This document shows positions 8,609 to 18,283 of a DNA stretch of 64,000 bases, one piece after another (within the stretch, counting starts at the first letter, position 1; every line of letters begins with the position of its first letter). The stretch comes from Myxococcota bacterium (GTDB lineage Bacteria > Myxococcota_A > UBA796 > UBA2385): the NCBI GenBank assembly GCA_044344255.1, contig JBIJDH010000004.1, positions 426,632-490,631 on the forward strand, in the 5' to 3' direction. A program made the position numbers and the translations under genes. The notes under the pieces are model-generated. The model ran no database searches. It was not told where the DNA came from and worked only from the letters and a program-made list of their open reading frames with translations.

Positions 8609-10681
8609 TCAGAGCGCGGCGAGCCCGACGACGAGGTCATCGCTGCCGAGGACCGCGGTGATGAGGGTGCCCCCGTCCGGGCTCACCCAAGCCGCAGACT
8701 CGGTGGCGACGAAGTCGACCGGAAAATTATACAGGTCAAAGCCTGTAGATGGAGTGCCGATTGCCACCCAGGCGTCTCCGCCCTGGGTCGCGAAGGAGAT
8801 GACTAGCTCCGCGCTGGCCGCGCTCCAGACCGCGTGGACCGAGACCGGCGTGTACCCGCTCGCCATCGACGTGACCACGCCCCCCGGCTGAATGATGACG
8901 ATCCCGTTGGTGTTGCCGTCCGCGACGATGGTCCAGGGCCCAGTGGGCGTGTCGCGGGGGACATCGATGGCCAGCGGATCGATCACCGTCTCGGTGTCCA
9001 CCTCCGTGAACAGAGGAGGGTCGGCGGTGGTGGTCCAGGTGTCGGTCTGCAACGCGTCGTCGGCGCCATAGAGGAGGGTGCCCGTCGTCGCGCTGCCATC
9101 GTAGAAGTGGAGCTCGCAGGCCGCGGCCTCGATGCCCTCATACTCATCGGCGGTGTTGTACGTGAGGGCCGCCACCTCCGCTGGCGAACCGGCGATGAGC
9201 TGGGCCACGTCGGTGTTCGATTCACAGCCGATGGCGGTGAGGTAGCCCGTGGAGTCCTGGGCCACCGCGATGTCCTCGAAGGCGGTTCGGGACTCGATCG
9301 CCGTGCTCACCGGGTAGTTGACGCCGTAGCGCTTCCCGGTGGAGAAGGTGTATCCGCCGAGGCGGATCGAGCGGCTGGTCGCGGCCTGGATGCCGGTGGC
9401 GCCGTAGAGGTCGGTCTCGGTGACGAGGATGTCGTGGCCCGCGGTGAGCGTGAAGGCGGGATCGGCGAGGTTGCGCTGCCAGTCGATGACCGAGACGAGG
9501 CCGGTGGCGGGGTCGGCGGGGGCGGCGCGGTCCCACTGGATGGCCAGTGCGGAGTCATAGAAGTGGGAGCTGGAGCCGCCCCGCTCGATGACCGACTCGT
9601 CGGTCGCCACAGACAGGAAGACCGAGCTCGAGTTTTCGGCGAAGACGAGATCGTGCGGGTTGCTCCAGGTGAGCGAGACATAGTCGTCGTTGTAGTGCTC
9701 GACCCCGTAGAAGGTCATCGTGTCTTGGCCGCCGTCGCAGTCCGAGTCGGCGCTGTCCGCGAGGGTCTCGATGGCCCCCGGGTAGGCGGTGGCGTCCTCG
9801 TCGTCGCAGTCGCCCGCAGGCAGCAGGCCCGTCCCCTCGACGTCTTCGGTGGGCAGGCCGCTCGAGGCGTCCTCGACGAGGCCGTCCCCGTCCTGGTCGA
9901 AGTCGTCGTTGAGCCCGCAGTCGGAGTCGAGGGCGTCGTACCAGGTGTCAACCTCGCCGGGGTTTCGCTCGGCCAGCAGATCATCGCAGTCCCCGGCGGG
10001 CAGGGCGTCAATGTCTTCGGCGTAGATGGTCTCGAAGTCCGTGTACTCGTCGGGCGTGTATCCGTCTCCGTCCTGGTCGAAGTCGCTGTTGCCACCGCAG
10101 TCGGTGTCGACACCGTCGTACCAGGTGTCCGTCATGTGCGGCCCGACGTCGATGTCTTCGTCGTCACAGTCGCCGCCGGGCAGGGTGCCGGTGCCGGCGA
10201 TACCCTCGGTGGCGCGCCCGATGTTCTCGTTGGAGACGGAGCCGTCGGCGTCCTGGTCGAAGTCGTCGTTGCCCGCGCAGTCGGAGTCGGTGCCATCGTA
10301 GAAGGCGTCGGCGGCGCTCGGGAAGGTGTCGGGGCTGGCGTCGTCGCAGTCCCCTCCGGGGAGGGCGCCGGTCCCAGGCACGCCAGCGGTGGCGAGGCCG
10401 ACGGAGGCGTCCTCGACGTACCCGTCACCGTCCTGGTCGTAGTCATCGCCGCCCAGACAGTCTTCGTCGACTCCATTGTACCAGATCTCTGAGGCGCCCG
10501 GGAACACCTCTCCGTCCCCGTCGTTACAGTCCTCGGCGGCGGCGTAACCGTCTCCGTCGTCATCGAGGCTCGACTTGTGGCCCTCTACGTCTGTGGCGGA
10601 GATCCATGTGCAGCCGCCGAGCAGCCAAAGCAGCGCTGCGAGCGATTGACCGGGGACCGAGCGTCCTGTCACTCTGACCAT
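8609..10681 (-). CDS. Lipoprotein with Asp/Cys-rich putative metal-binding (MopE-related) repeats and a C-terminal beta-rich domain
   Basis: Lipobox-like LLGGC; about six DCDD...PG..(E/D).WY(D/N)G.D.DC.G..D.DQDGDG units. Confidence 0.8.
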   Translation of the reverse strand: MVRVTGRSVPGQSLAALLWLLGGCTWISATDVEGHKSSLDDDGDGYAAAEDCNDGDGEVFPGASEIWYNGVDEDCLGGDDYDQDGDGYVEDASVGLATAGVPGTGALPGGDCDDASPDTFPSAADAFYDGTDSDCAGNDDFDQDADGSVSNENIGRATEGIAGTGTLPGGDCDDEDIDVGPHMTDTWYDGVDTDCGGNSDFDQDGDGYTPDEYTDFETIYAEDIDALPAGDCDDLLAERNPGEVDTWYDALDSDCGLNDDFDQDGDGLVEDASSGLPTEDVEGTGLLPAGDCDDEDATAYPGAIETLADSADSDCDGGQDTMTFYGVEHYNDDYVSLTWSNPHDLVFAENSSSVFLSVATDESVIERGGSSSHFYDSALAIQWDRAAPADPATGLVSVIDWQRNLADPAFTLTAGHDILVTETDLYGATGIQAATSRSIRLGGYTFSTGKRYGVNYPVSTAIESRTAFEDIAVAQDSTGYLTAIGCESNTDVAQLIAGSPAEVAALTYNTADEYEGIEAAACELHFYDGSATTGTLLYGADDALQTDTWTTTADPPLFTEVDTETVIDPLAIDVPRDTPTGPWTIVADGNTNGIVIIQPGGVVTSMASGYTPVSVHAVWSAASAELVISFATQGGDAWVAIGTPSTGFDLYNFPVDFVATESAAWVSPDGGTLITAVLGSDDLVVGLAAL

Positions 10682-10719
10682 CTACGCCTCCAAGTTGCTT
10701 ACCATACCACGGCACCCCC

Positions 10720-13700
10720 TCAGGGGCGGCGGGGGCTCGGCGGCCCGCTGATGGCCGACATCGCGTTCTTCGTGGCGGATCGTACGTCGGCGTCTCGATC
10801 GCCCACCAGCTTGACCAGGGGGATCAAGCTGCTCTTGTCTCCGACCGCTCCGATGGCGCGGACCGCCGCCAGCCGCACCGCGGGGTCCGGGCTGGAGAAG
10901 AGCCGGATGAGCGCGTCAGGCGGAGCGCCGTCTCCCAAGGCCTCGACGACCCGGCAGGCGGCCACCTCGGCGTCGGCCTGCCCGGAGCTCAACCACTGAC
11001 CGAGTCGCTCGCGGTCGGCGTCGTCGAGCTCGAGTAGGGCCAGGGCGCGCAGCCCGCGGGAGACCAGATCCGGGTCGAAGAGATCGGCCCATGGATCGGG
11101 CGAGGCGACGGCCTCGCTCGCGGTGGGCAGAACCGGTGGCGGGAGCACCGGTGGTGGAGGCGGCGAGGAGAGGCGGGCGGGCGGGCCGACCGCAGGCGGG
11201 CGCGTCGGCGATGGCTCGGGCACGATCGGCGGGGCCGGGATGGAGGGGGCGACCTCCACCGCGGGCGCCGGGTCGTCATCGGTGTCGGAGTGCCAGGTCG
11301 GCAATGCGGCCGTCGGCTCGTCAAGGCCCGATCCGAAGCTGCCGTGGGCCTCCTCCGCCGCGGCGAGCTCGTCGTCTTCGGGCTCCTCGAGCGGGTCTGG
11401 CTCCTCGAGCGGGTCTGGCTCCTCGAGCTCGTCGGGCTCGTCGGGCTCGAACCGGCGACCCTCGAAGGTGCCGGTGTCGAAGGCGAAGCCATCATAGATC
11501 CCCGAGTCTTCACTTCGATCGGCCGAGAGGTAGATCGGCGCCTGCCGGTCATCCTCGGGGAACGCGCGGGAGGTGGAGTCCAGCTCGGTGCGTGTGTTGA
11601 CGCGGAAGCTGCTGTGCGGTGCGGCCACCGTCCGTGGGCTCTCTTCGGAGTGATCGTCGGACTCGACCCCTTCGATGAGGGAGTCGGTGCCCTCGGGTTG
11701 TTCGAAGACCTGTTCGAAGACCTGTTCGAAGACTTGTTCGAAGACCGGTTCGAAGGTCCCGCCAAAGCGGAGCTCGAGGTGCTCGGCGGAGCGCCCCTCG
11801 AAGACCCGCGGGGCCCCGATGTGGTAGGCGCCGGAGGCCTGCTCGAGGATCTCGATGTCGTCGTCTTCGTGGGCGTCGATGGCGTCTGGCACCACCGGGG
11901 GCGGCGGCAGCGGGGCCCGCACCGAGGCGGGGAGAGCGAAGGGCAGGGCCACCTCTTCGAGCAGCGCGCCGATCGTGGGTTCGCCAGGCTCGTCCGCCGC
12001 ATCAAAGGCCTGCGAGGCCTCGTCTAAGGTGAGGTCGGCCGTGCCCTCGTGCTCGTCGTGCTCGTCGAGCTGCTCGTCGTCGAAGAGCAGCTCGACCGTG
12101 CCCTCGAAGGGCGATCGGACGAGGGGCGCAGGGGAACCCCCGGCGTCGAGTGAGGCGACGTCAAAGATGCCGGTCTGCCCCTCGGCGTCGACCGCCTCCA
12201 GCAGGGAGCTGATCGTGCCCTCTTCGGCCGGCGCCTCGGCGTCCCCGGCAGAGGTGTCGACCAGGTCTGAGCTGATGTGGAGCTCGTCGACCCCGTCCAG
12301 CGCCTCCAGCGGCTCTTCTCCAGGGAGGAGGAGGTCGGGGATCGCGGCGGGAGCGGCGTCGCTCTCGGCGGGCGAGCCACCGGGGTGGGGCATGACCGTA
12401 GCGGCCTCGAAGACGTCCTCGAGGAACAGCGAGACGGTGTGCTCTCCGCCAGCGTCGACGGCGGTCGCTGGGTCGTCGTCGAGCTCGATCCGAGGCAGGA
12501 GCGGGGGAGGCTCGCCGAGGTTGGCGGAGGGCTCGCCGCTGCCCGGCGCCGCGGTGAGGGGCGCGCCCCGTTCGACCGGGGTGAGCTCAGGCGCATCCTG
12601 CTCGGGCGCGGCCCGCTCCGCTTCGTCGGGCTCAAGCTCCGCCTCGTCGGGCTCGAGCTCGGCGTCCAGCTCCTCCGCCTCGTCGAGCCCTTCGGCCTCC
12701 TCTCCGCGGACGGGGAGCGGGGCGCGCTCGGCCGGGAGCTGGGCGGTGGCCTCATCGAGGAAGGCGGAGAGGGTGTCTTCGGGGGACTCCTCCTCCCGCG
12801 CGGGTTGGGCGGCGAAGCCCAGCCCACCAAACCCGAGGGGGGCCGCCGGCGCTCGACCGCCGCCGATGGGGCGGGGGCTCGACGGTCGGCTGATCATCGG
12901 GGCGCCGCCGCCCGGGGCGCTGGCGCCGCCGAGGGGCGTCAGCGGGGGCCGCTCCCAGGCAGCGGGGAGCAGCTCGTCGAACCAACCGGCGTCGCGGACC
13001 AGCTCTCCGCGGGTGGTGGACAACAGCCAGACCCCGCCATCGCGACGGATGATGTACTGGCCGTCGCGCACGCTCCATTGCAGGCCATGCACCTCGGCGT
13101 CCGCTTGATCGATCGCGTCTACGAGCGCCTGGAGCTGATCGACGTTGTGGGGGTCGATCTCGGCTGCGGCGCGCAGTGTGCGCTCGCGGAAGCTGGGCTC
13201 GACACGGGCCGCCTGAAAGGCCCGGCTGACCCGCGCCTGCTGCTCGGCGCTCCAAGGCTCGATGCTCTCGGCGGTGATGCGGGTCCGTCCGTCCGGGGGC
13301 TGGGCGCGGAGGTATCGACCCGTCTTGAGGGCCGCCTTGGCGGCGCTGCCCACCGGTCCGTCGAAGGCGGCGAGGCGGCGCAGCGTCCCGATGGCGCGAC
13401 GGTCTCCACAGCGCCCCAGGGCCTCCACCGCCGCGGTGACAACGTCACGGCTGCCGTCCGAGACCAGGCGGATGAGGGCGGGGGTGGCCGCGGAGAGGGC
13501 GAGGAGGCCAAGGGCGTCCGCGGCGGCCTCTCGGACCGCGGGTCGCTCGTGGCGGGTGGCCTGCTCCACCTTGCTGAAGACCGCGACCCGATTCGCCTCT
13601 CCGATGGCCCGCAACGCCCGCGCGACGACGTCGGGGTCCGGGTTGGCGAGCAGCGCGTCGAGATCGGGCGTGGGGGATCGTCGGGCGAGGGCGCCGGCGG

Positions 13701-15429
13701 CCTCCAGGCGGACCTCCCAGGCGCCGTCCTCCCGGAAGAGCGCGCGGCGCACCCGCCGCCCCCGGCGACCCCCCATACCGTCGAGGTGACGAGCCACCGC
13801 GCGACGGAGCTCCGCGCGCTCGGAGGTCGCGAGGGCGGCGACCGCGGCGTAGGCGCCGACGTCTCCTGCGGTGGCGAGGGCCGTGATCGCGGTGAGGGCG
13901 GTGGCCTCGCCGGCCAGCGCGCCGCGGACCGCGAGGCGAGCGGCCCGCCCGGGGACGCGGGCGAGGCAACGGAGGGCCTCACAGGCCACCTCGTGGGCAC
14001 CGCTTCGAGTGAGCTCGAGGAGGAAGGGGAGCAGGCCGGGGCGACCGGAGCCCCCGATGGCACGGACGGCGAGGGCGCGGACCGCCCAAGAGCGCCCGGA
14101 GTTCGCGATCTCGAAGAGGAGATCGAGCAGGCCGGGGATGGCCCGGCTGGGCCACGCGCCGAGGATGAGCAGGGCGGCGGCGCCAGCGGCCGAGGCGTCG
14201 TCGCCGCGGAGGCGGTCGAGCGCCCGTGCCGAGAAGCCGGGGATCGCCACCATTCCGCGGGTGCTCCCGGCGCGGCGGTCGAGGCGCAGCGCCTGGAGGG
14301 GACCGTCGAGCGGGCTCTCGCCGTCGGCGAGGGTCTCTTCGGCCATCAGCAGGAGGTCGTCCTCTTCGAGATCGTCCTCCCAGACGGGCTCGGAGAGGCT
14401 GCCGGTGTCGGTGGCCTCCTCCTCTGGGCTGAGCAGGCCCGGCGTGGAGAGCAGGTCCTGGCCGAGCTCGCTGACCAAGGCCCAGTCGGGGACCCCGTTG
14501 GGATCGCTTCCATCGGGCCAGAGGTCGGGATCGGTGAGGCTGCCGGTCACCTCGAGGGCCGCGAGGAGGCGCCTCGCGACGTCGCGCTCGCGGGCGTCCC
14601 CGCTCTGCAGCACACCCTGCGCTGCGGGGATCACCTCATCGAGCACGGCCAGATCTCGCTCGGCGAGCGTGCGCAGCAGCTCCATCGCGCCTGCGGGCAC
14701 GACGCCGGCCTCGGTGAGGGCGTGGAGGCGGACGGCGTGCTTGACCGCCAGACCGGCGCCAGCGCGCAGGAGGGCGGGGGAGGGGCCTACCCGATCGATG
14801 CCCTGGAGGAGGTCGGCCAGCTCCGGCTCGGTGGTCGGAGGCTGTGCGCGGGACGGCGGAGCGAGGACGGGCAGGTCGGGGGGCGGATCGAGCACAGCGC
14901 CGGGATCGGCCCCCCAGCCCGCTTCCAACGGGGGGAAGAGCTCGGCGCCGGCCTCGCCGGCGACCACGCGCCCCTCCAGCGTGCCGAGCAGCGCAGAGGG
15001 ATCTTCGGCGGCGGGCCGGGAGTCGGGCAGCGCGCGGAGGAGCTCGGACACCACGCGACAGAGGTCGTCGTGCTCGGTGCACTCGAGGTCCGGCTGGCCC
15101 CAGGTCCACTCGAGCTCGACGCGGTCTTCGCCTTGGCCGTCCAGGGGGCGTACTCGGAGATCGAGGATCGAACGCCAACGCCGTCGGCCCCATCGAGCGC
15201 CGACGTCCGCGAGGGCCCGGTGCTCGGCCGGGAGGAGGGGCAGGCGTCGCCGGAGGACCAGCCTCAGGCGCTGGCCTCGGATCGGGTGGGTGTCCGGCTC
15301 GCCGGCGTCGGAGCGGTCGAACCGCTCGAGTCGCGGGCCCTCAGTCCTCGCGCTCTCCGACCGCCCGTCTTCGTTGCGCGATCCGTCCGTCCTCCCGCTC
15401 GAGGACCTCAAGGGGTCACCACGGTCCAC
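10720..15429 (-). CDS. Large HEAT-repeat protein with a long acidic/Pro-rich linker and C-terminal HEAT repeats
   Basis: Repeated VR..AA.ALG.lG helical units (e.g. VREAAADALGLL, VRLAAVRAIGAVGD) flank several hundred E/D/P/A-rich residues. Start codon uncertain. Confidence 0.75.
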   Translation of the reverse strand: MDRGDPLRSSSGRTDGSRNEDGRSESARTEGPRLERFDRSDAGEPDTHPIRGQRLRLVLRRRLPLLPAEHRALADVGARWGRRRWRSILDLRVRPLDGQGEDRVELEWTWGQPDLECTEHDDLCRVVSELLRALPDSRPAAEDPSALLGTLEGRVVAGEAGAELFPPLEAGWGADPGAVLDPPPDLPVLAPPSRAQPPTTEPELADLLQGIDRVGPSPALLRAGAGLAVKHAVRLHALTEAGVVPAGAMELLRTLAERDLAVLDEVIPAAQGVLQSGDARERDVARRLLAALEVTGSLTDPDLWPDGSDPNGVPDWALVSELGQDLLSTPGLLSPEEEATDTGSLSEPVWEDDLEEDDLLLMAEETLADGESPLDGPLQALRLDRRAGSTRGMVAIPGFSARALDRLRGDDASAAGAAALLILGAWPSRAIPGLLDLLFEIANSGRSWAVRALAVRAIGGSGRPGLLPFLLELTRSGAHEVACEALRCLARVPGRAARLAVRGALAGEATALTAITALATAGDVGAYAAVAALATSERAELRRAVARHLDGMGGRRGRRVRRALFREDGAWEVRLEAAGALARRSPTPDLDALLANPDPDVVARALRAIGEANRVAVFSKVEQATRHERPAVREAAADALGLLALSAATPALIRLVSDGSRDVVTAAVEALGRCGDRRAIGTLRRLAAFDGPVGSAAKAALKTGRYLRAQPPDGRTRITAESIEPWSAEQQARVSRAFQAARVEPSFRERTLRAAAEIDPHNVDQLQALVDAIDQADAEVHGLQWSVRDGQYIIRRDGGVWLLSTTRGELVRDAGWFDELLPAAWERPPLTPLGGASAPGGGAPMISRPSSPRPIGGGRAPAAPLGFGGLGFAAQPAREEESPEDTLSAFLDEATAQLPAERAPLPVRGEEAEGLDEAEELDAELEPDEAELEPDEAERAAPEQDAPELTPVERGAPLTAAPGSGEPSANLGEPPPLLPRIELDDDPATAVDAGGEHTVSLFLEDVFEAATVMPHPGGSPAESDAAPAAIPDLLLPGEEPLEALDGVDELHISSDLVDTSAGDAEAPAEEGTISSLLEAVDAEGQTGIFDVASLDAGGSPAPLVRSPFEGTVELLFDDEQLDEHDEHEGTADLTLDEASQAFDAADEPGEPTIGALLEEVALPFALPASVRAPLPPPPVVPDAIDAHEDDDIEILEQASGAYHIGAPRVFEGRSAEHLELRFGGTFEPVFEQVFEQVFEQVFEQPEGTDSLIEGVESDDHSEESPRTVAAPHSSFRVNTRTELDSTSRAFPEDDRQAPIYLSADRSEDSGIYDGFAFDTGTFEGRRFEPDEPDELEEPDPLEEPDPLEEPEDDELAAAEEAHGSFGSGLDEPTAALPTWHSDTDDDPAPAVEVAPSIPAPPIVPEPSPTRPPAVGPPARLSSPPPPPVLPPPVLPTASEAVASPDPWADLFDPDLVSRGLRALALLELDDADRERLGQWLSSGQADAEVAACRVVEALGDGAPPDALIRLFSSPDPAVRLAAVRAIGAVGDKSSLIPLVKLVGDRDADVRSATKNAMSAISGPPSPRRP
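11700..11756 (-). repeat. 12-bp tandem repeat (GTTCGAAGACCT, about 4.5 copies) encoding FEPV-FEQV-FEQV-FEQV-FEQ
   Basis: Read directly: gttcgaagacct gttcgaagacct gttcgaagactt gttcgaagaccg gttcgaagg. Confidence 0.9.
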
Positions 15430-16817
15430 GCGCCGGGCATCGCGGCCTCGACCGAGCTCCGGACCTTCGAGAGGTCACCGACCACGACGATGAGCCCAGC
15501 GTTGTCGGGGTCGATGCCTTGGAGCGCCGCGTCTACGGCTGCGCGCTCCAGGCTGGCGCTGCGGCTGAGGCTGAGCGCGAGCGCCTCCGTCCCCAGTCCG
15601 ACAGAGAACTGGCCCGCGTAGGTGCCCGCGATCCCGTCGTTGCTGCCCATCGCCTCGACCTGGTCTTGGCGGTGGGCGCCGACCGCCTTCGAGAGCTCCT
15701 CGGCCGTGATGCCCGCCTTGATCTTGCGGAGCTCACCCATGAGGTCGGTGAGGGCGGGGGCGGTGACCTCGCGCTGCACGGAGGTGGCGGCCACCATCGT
15801 CCCCATGGAGCGGCCGGAGTCGAGGCGGGCGCTGGCCCCGTAGGTGTAGCCCTTCTCTTCGCGGAGCAGGCGGTTGAGTCGGCTCGTGAAGGTGCCACCG
15901 AGGACGATCGCGCCCAGGCGGGCCGCGTCGAGGGAGGGGTCGGCGGCGGTCCAGCCGGGCATCACCACCCGGAGCACCGTCTGGGAGGCCTCGGGCATGT
16001 CCACGAAGATCCGCTTCGCGCCGAAGGTGGGGGGAGGGATGGGCGGGGCGACGGGGCCAGCGGCGGGCTTCCAGGCGCCGAAGTGCCGCTCGGCGAGGGC
16101 CTTGGCCTCCGAGGCGGGGACGGCTCCGGCGAAGAGGAGCAGCGAACCGTCGGTACGGGCCCGCCGGGTCCAGGAGGCGCGGAGCTGATCGACGCCGGTG
16201 GCCTGGACCCCCGCCGCGGTGCCGGTCGGCAGGTGCCCGAAGGGGTGCATCGCCCCGTAGAGCTCGCGCTGCGACACCTTGATCGCCGTGGTCCGCGCGT
16301 CGTCGGCCTCCTGGGCGATGTCGGCGAGGCGGAGCTCGCGCTGCTGCTCCACGGTGGCGGGGTCGAAGCGAGGGCGCTGCACCGCCTCCGCGAGGAGGGC
16401 GAGCCCGTCATCGAGCCGCGCGGCCTCACAGGTGAGGGAGATCACGGTGGCGGTGGTGTGGGTCGTCACCTCGAGGTCGATGGCGAGCCGCTCGGCTCGC
16501 TCGGCGAAGGCGGCGGCGTCCCAGCTCCCGGCCCCGTGCAGCAGCAGGGTGTCGGCGAGGGAGGCCTCACCCGGGCGGTCGACGGGATCGAGGGCGCTGC
16601 CCCCCGGGATCACGAGGCGGACGCTCACGAGCGGCAGCCCGGTGCGCTCGACGGTCCAGAGCTGGAGACCGTTCGAGAGCGAGGGCTGGGCGACCGGGGC
16701 CGTGGGGGCCCACGCCGGCGAGGCGGCGACCATCGGACGGGGGCCGAGGAGGTCGGGGCCCGTGTCCGTCGGGTGTTTTTGGCAGGCGACGAGGAGCAGG
16801 AGGAGGGCGGCGAGCAT
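15408..16817 (-). CDS. M16B peptidase, non-catalytic subunit (lipoprotein)
   Basis: Lipobox LLVAC; LSNGLQL; no HXXEH; SRLNRLLREEKGYTYG (R-Y pair typical of the partner subunit). Confidence 0.88.
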   Translation of the reverse strand: MLAALLLLLVACQKHPTDTGPDLLGPRPMVAASPAWAPTAPVAQPSLSNGLQLWTVERTGLPLVSVRLVIPGGSALDPVDRPGEASLADTLLLHGAGSWDAAAFAERAERLAIDLEVTTHTTATVISLTCEAARLDDGLALLAEAVQRPRFDPATVEQQRELRLADIAQEADDARTTAIKVSQRELYGAMHPFGHLPTGTAAGVQATGVDQLRASWTRRARTDGSLLLFAGAVPASEAKALAERHFGAWKPAAGPVAPPIPPPTFGAKRIFVDMPEASQTVLRVVMPGWTAADPSLDAARLGAIVLGGTFTSRLNRLLREEKGYTYGASARLDSGRSMGTMVAATSVQREVTAPALTDLMGELRKIKAGITAEELSKAVGAHRQDQVEAMGSNDGIAGTYAGQFSVGLGTEALALSLSRSASLERAAVDAALQGIDPDNAGLIVVVGDLSKVRSSVEAAMPGAWTVVTP

Positions 16818-16820
16818 GGA

Positions 16821-18176
16821 CTACTTCTCCCCTGCGACAGGACGGATGCGGACCGTGGCGAGGCGCTCGCGGTTGAGCTGCTGGGCGGCGGCCTGGATGC
16901 CCGCGGCGGTCACGGCGGCGTAGCGGTCGAGCTGCCCGGCGGCGTCGCCGGGGTTCCCCGTGGTGTACCAGAAGCGGTTGAGCGTCAAGGCGCGGTCCTG
17001 GAGCTCCTCGAGGCTGCCGAGGTAGCCCTTGCGAGTCTGGTTGCGGACCCGCTCCATCTCGGCCGGGGTCGGCCCCTCCTTGGCGATGCGGGCCAGCTCT
17101 TCGGCGATGACCCCCTCCACCTCCTCAAGGGTGTGCTTGGGGGTGGGCTTGACGTCGATGACGAAGGTGGACGAGAGGGCGCCGCTCTCTTGCCAAGCGG
17201 AGACCTCGAGCGCGCTCTCGTCTCCCTCCACCATACGGCGGTAGAGCCGGCTCGACCGCCCTCCAGCGAGGATCGAGCCCAGCAGGTCCATCTCGGCGTC
17301 GCCGGGCTGGAGCCACGCGGGGCTGTGCCAGGTGAGGACCGACATCGGGATCTGGACCTGATCGGTGAGCTCGGTCAGGGCCTTCATCGGCTTGTCGGGC
17401 GCGGGGGGGGTGGTGCGAGCGGGGAGCTCCTTTCGGGGGAGCACGCCGAAGAGGCGCTGGATCTCTGCCTTCGCCGTGGCCTTGTCGAAGTCGCCCGCGA
17501 CGACGAGGCTGGCGTTGTTGGGCACATACCAGGTGCCAAAGAAGCCCACGACGTCGCTGAGCCCGGCGGCCTGGAGGTCCTCGTGGCTGCCGATGACCGA
17601 GTGCGCGTAAGGGTGCCCCGCCGGGTAAAGGATCGCGGGCAGCTCCAGCTCGAGCACGCCGTAGGGCTCGTCCTCGGAGGTCTGGCGGCGCTCGTTGCGC
17701 ACCACCTCTCGCTGGAGGTTCACCTTCTCCTTGGTCATCGCCTTGCCGAGGCCGTCCATTCGATCGGCCTCCATCCACAAGAAGGTGCCGAGGAGGGGTG
17801 AGGGGCCGACGTCGTAGTAGTCCGTGGCGTCGTTGCTGGTCCAGGCGTTGTTCCAGCCGCCGTTGGCCTCCATGAGCTCGTCGAAGCCGGCCCCGGGCAG
17901 GCGGGTGGTGCCCATGAACATCAGGTGCTCGAAGAGGTGGGCGAAGCCGCTGCGCCCCTCCACCTCGTCCTTCGACCCCACCTTGTACATGATGTTGACC
18001 ACGACCTGCGGCAGGCTGTGGTCTTCGTGAAGGATGACATTCAGCCCGTTCTCGAGCTGGTACTGCTCGAAGGGGATGTCGAGGGCCCATACGGGAGCGC
18101 CCCAAGCGAGCTGGCCCAGGATGAGCAGGCCGAGCTGGCCGGCGCCGAGCCAGCCGGCGCTGCGCTGGCACCTCAC
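16821..18176 (-). CDS. M16B zinc peptidase, catalytic subunit
   Basis: YQLENGLNV, GSKDE..GRSGFAHLFEHLMF (HXXEH), NAWTS.D.T.Y, EVVRNER. GTG at 18176 gives a signal-like N-terminus; 18260 is an alternative start. Confidence 0.92.
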   Translation of the reverse strand: MRCQRSAGWLGAGQLGLLILGQLAWGAPVWALDIPFEQYQLENGLNVILHEDHSLPQVVVNIMYKVGSKDEVEGRSGFAHLFEHLMFMGTTRLPGAGFDELMEANGGWNNAWTSNDATDYYDVGPSPLLGTFLWMEADRMDGLGKAMTKEKVNLQREVVRNERRQTSEDEPYGVLELELPAILYPAGHPYAHSVIGSHEDLQAAGLSDVVGFFGTWYVPNNASLVVAGDFDKATAKAEIQRLFGVLPRKELPARTTPPAPDKPMKALTELTDQVQIPMSVLTWHSPAWLQPGDAEMDLLGSILAGGRSSRLYRRMVEGDESALEVSAWQESGALSSTFVIDVKPTPKHTLEEVEGVIAEELARIAKEGPTPAEMERVRNQTRKGYLGSLEELQDRALTLNRFWYTTGNPGDAAGQLDRYAAVTAAGIQAAAQQLNRERLATVRIRPVAGEK

Positions 18177-18283
18177 GGGCTGGGAGGGGCGGCGCCAGGG
18201 AGGACGGGGGTACCTGGGTGTGGGCAAGGGGGCTCCTTCGTCTTGGGCCGCGTATCTCACCCGGACAGGGTTAGGCGACCGCC

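Noticed and set aside
12277..17801. Very long plus-strand ORFs (1114 aa and 985 aa)
   Set aside because: Antisense shadows of the HEAT and M16 genes, expected in high-GC DNA; no motifs.
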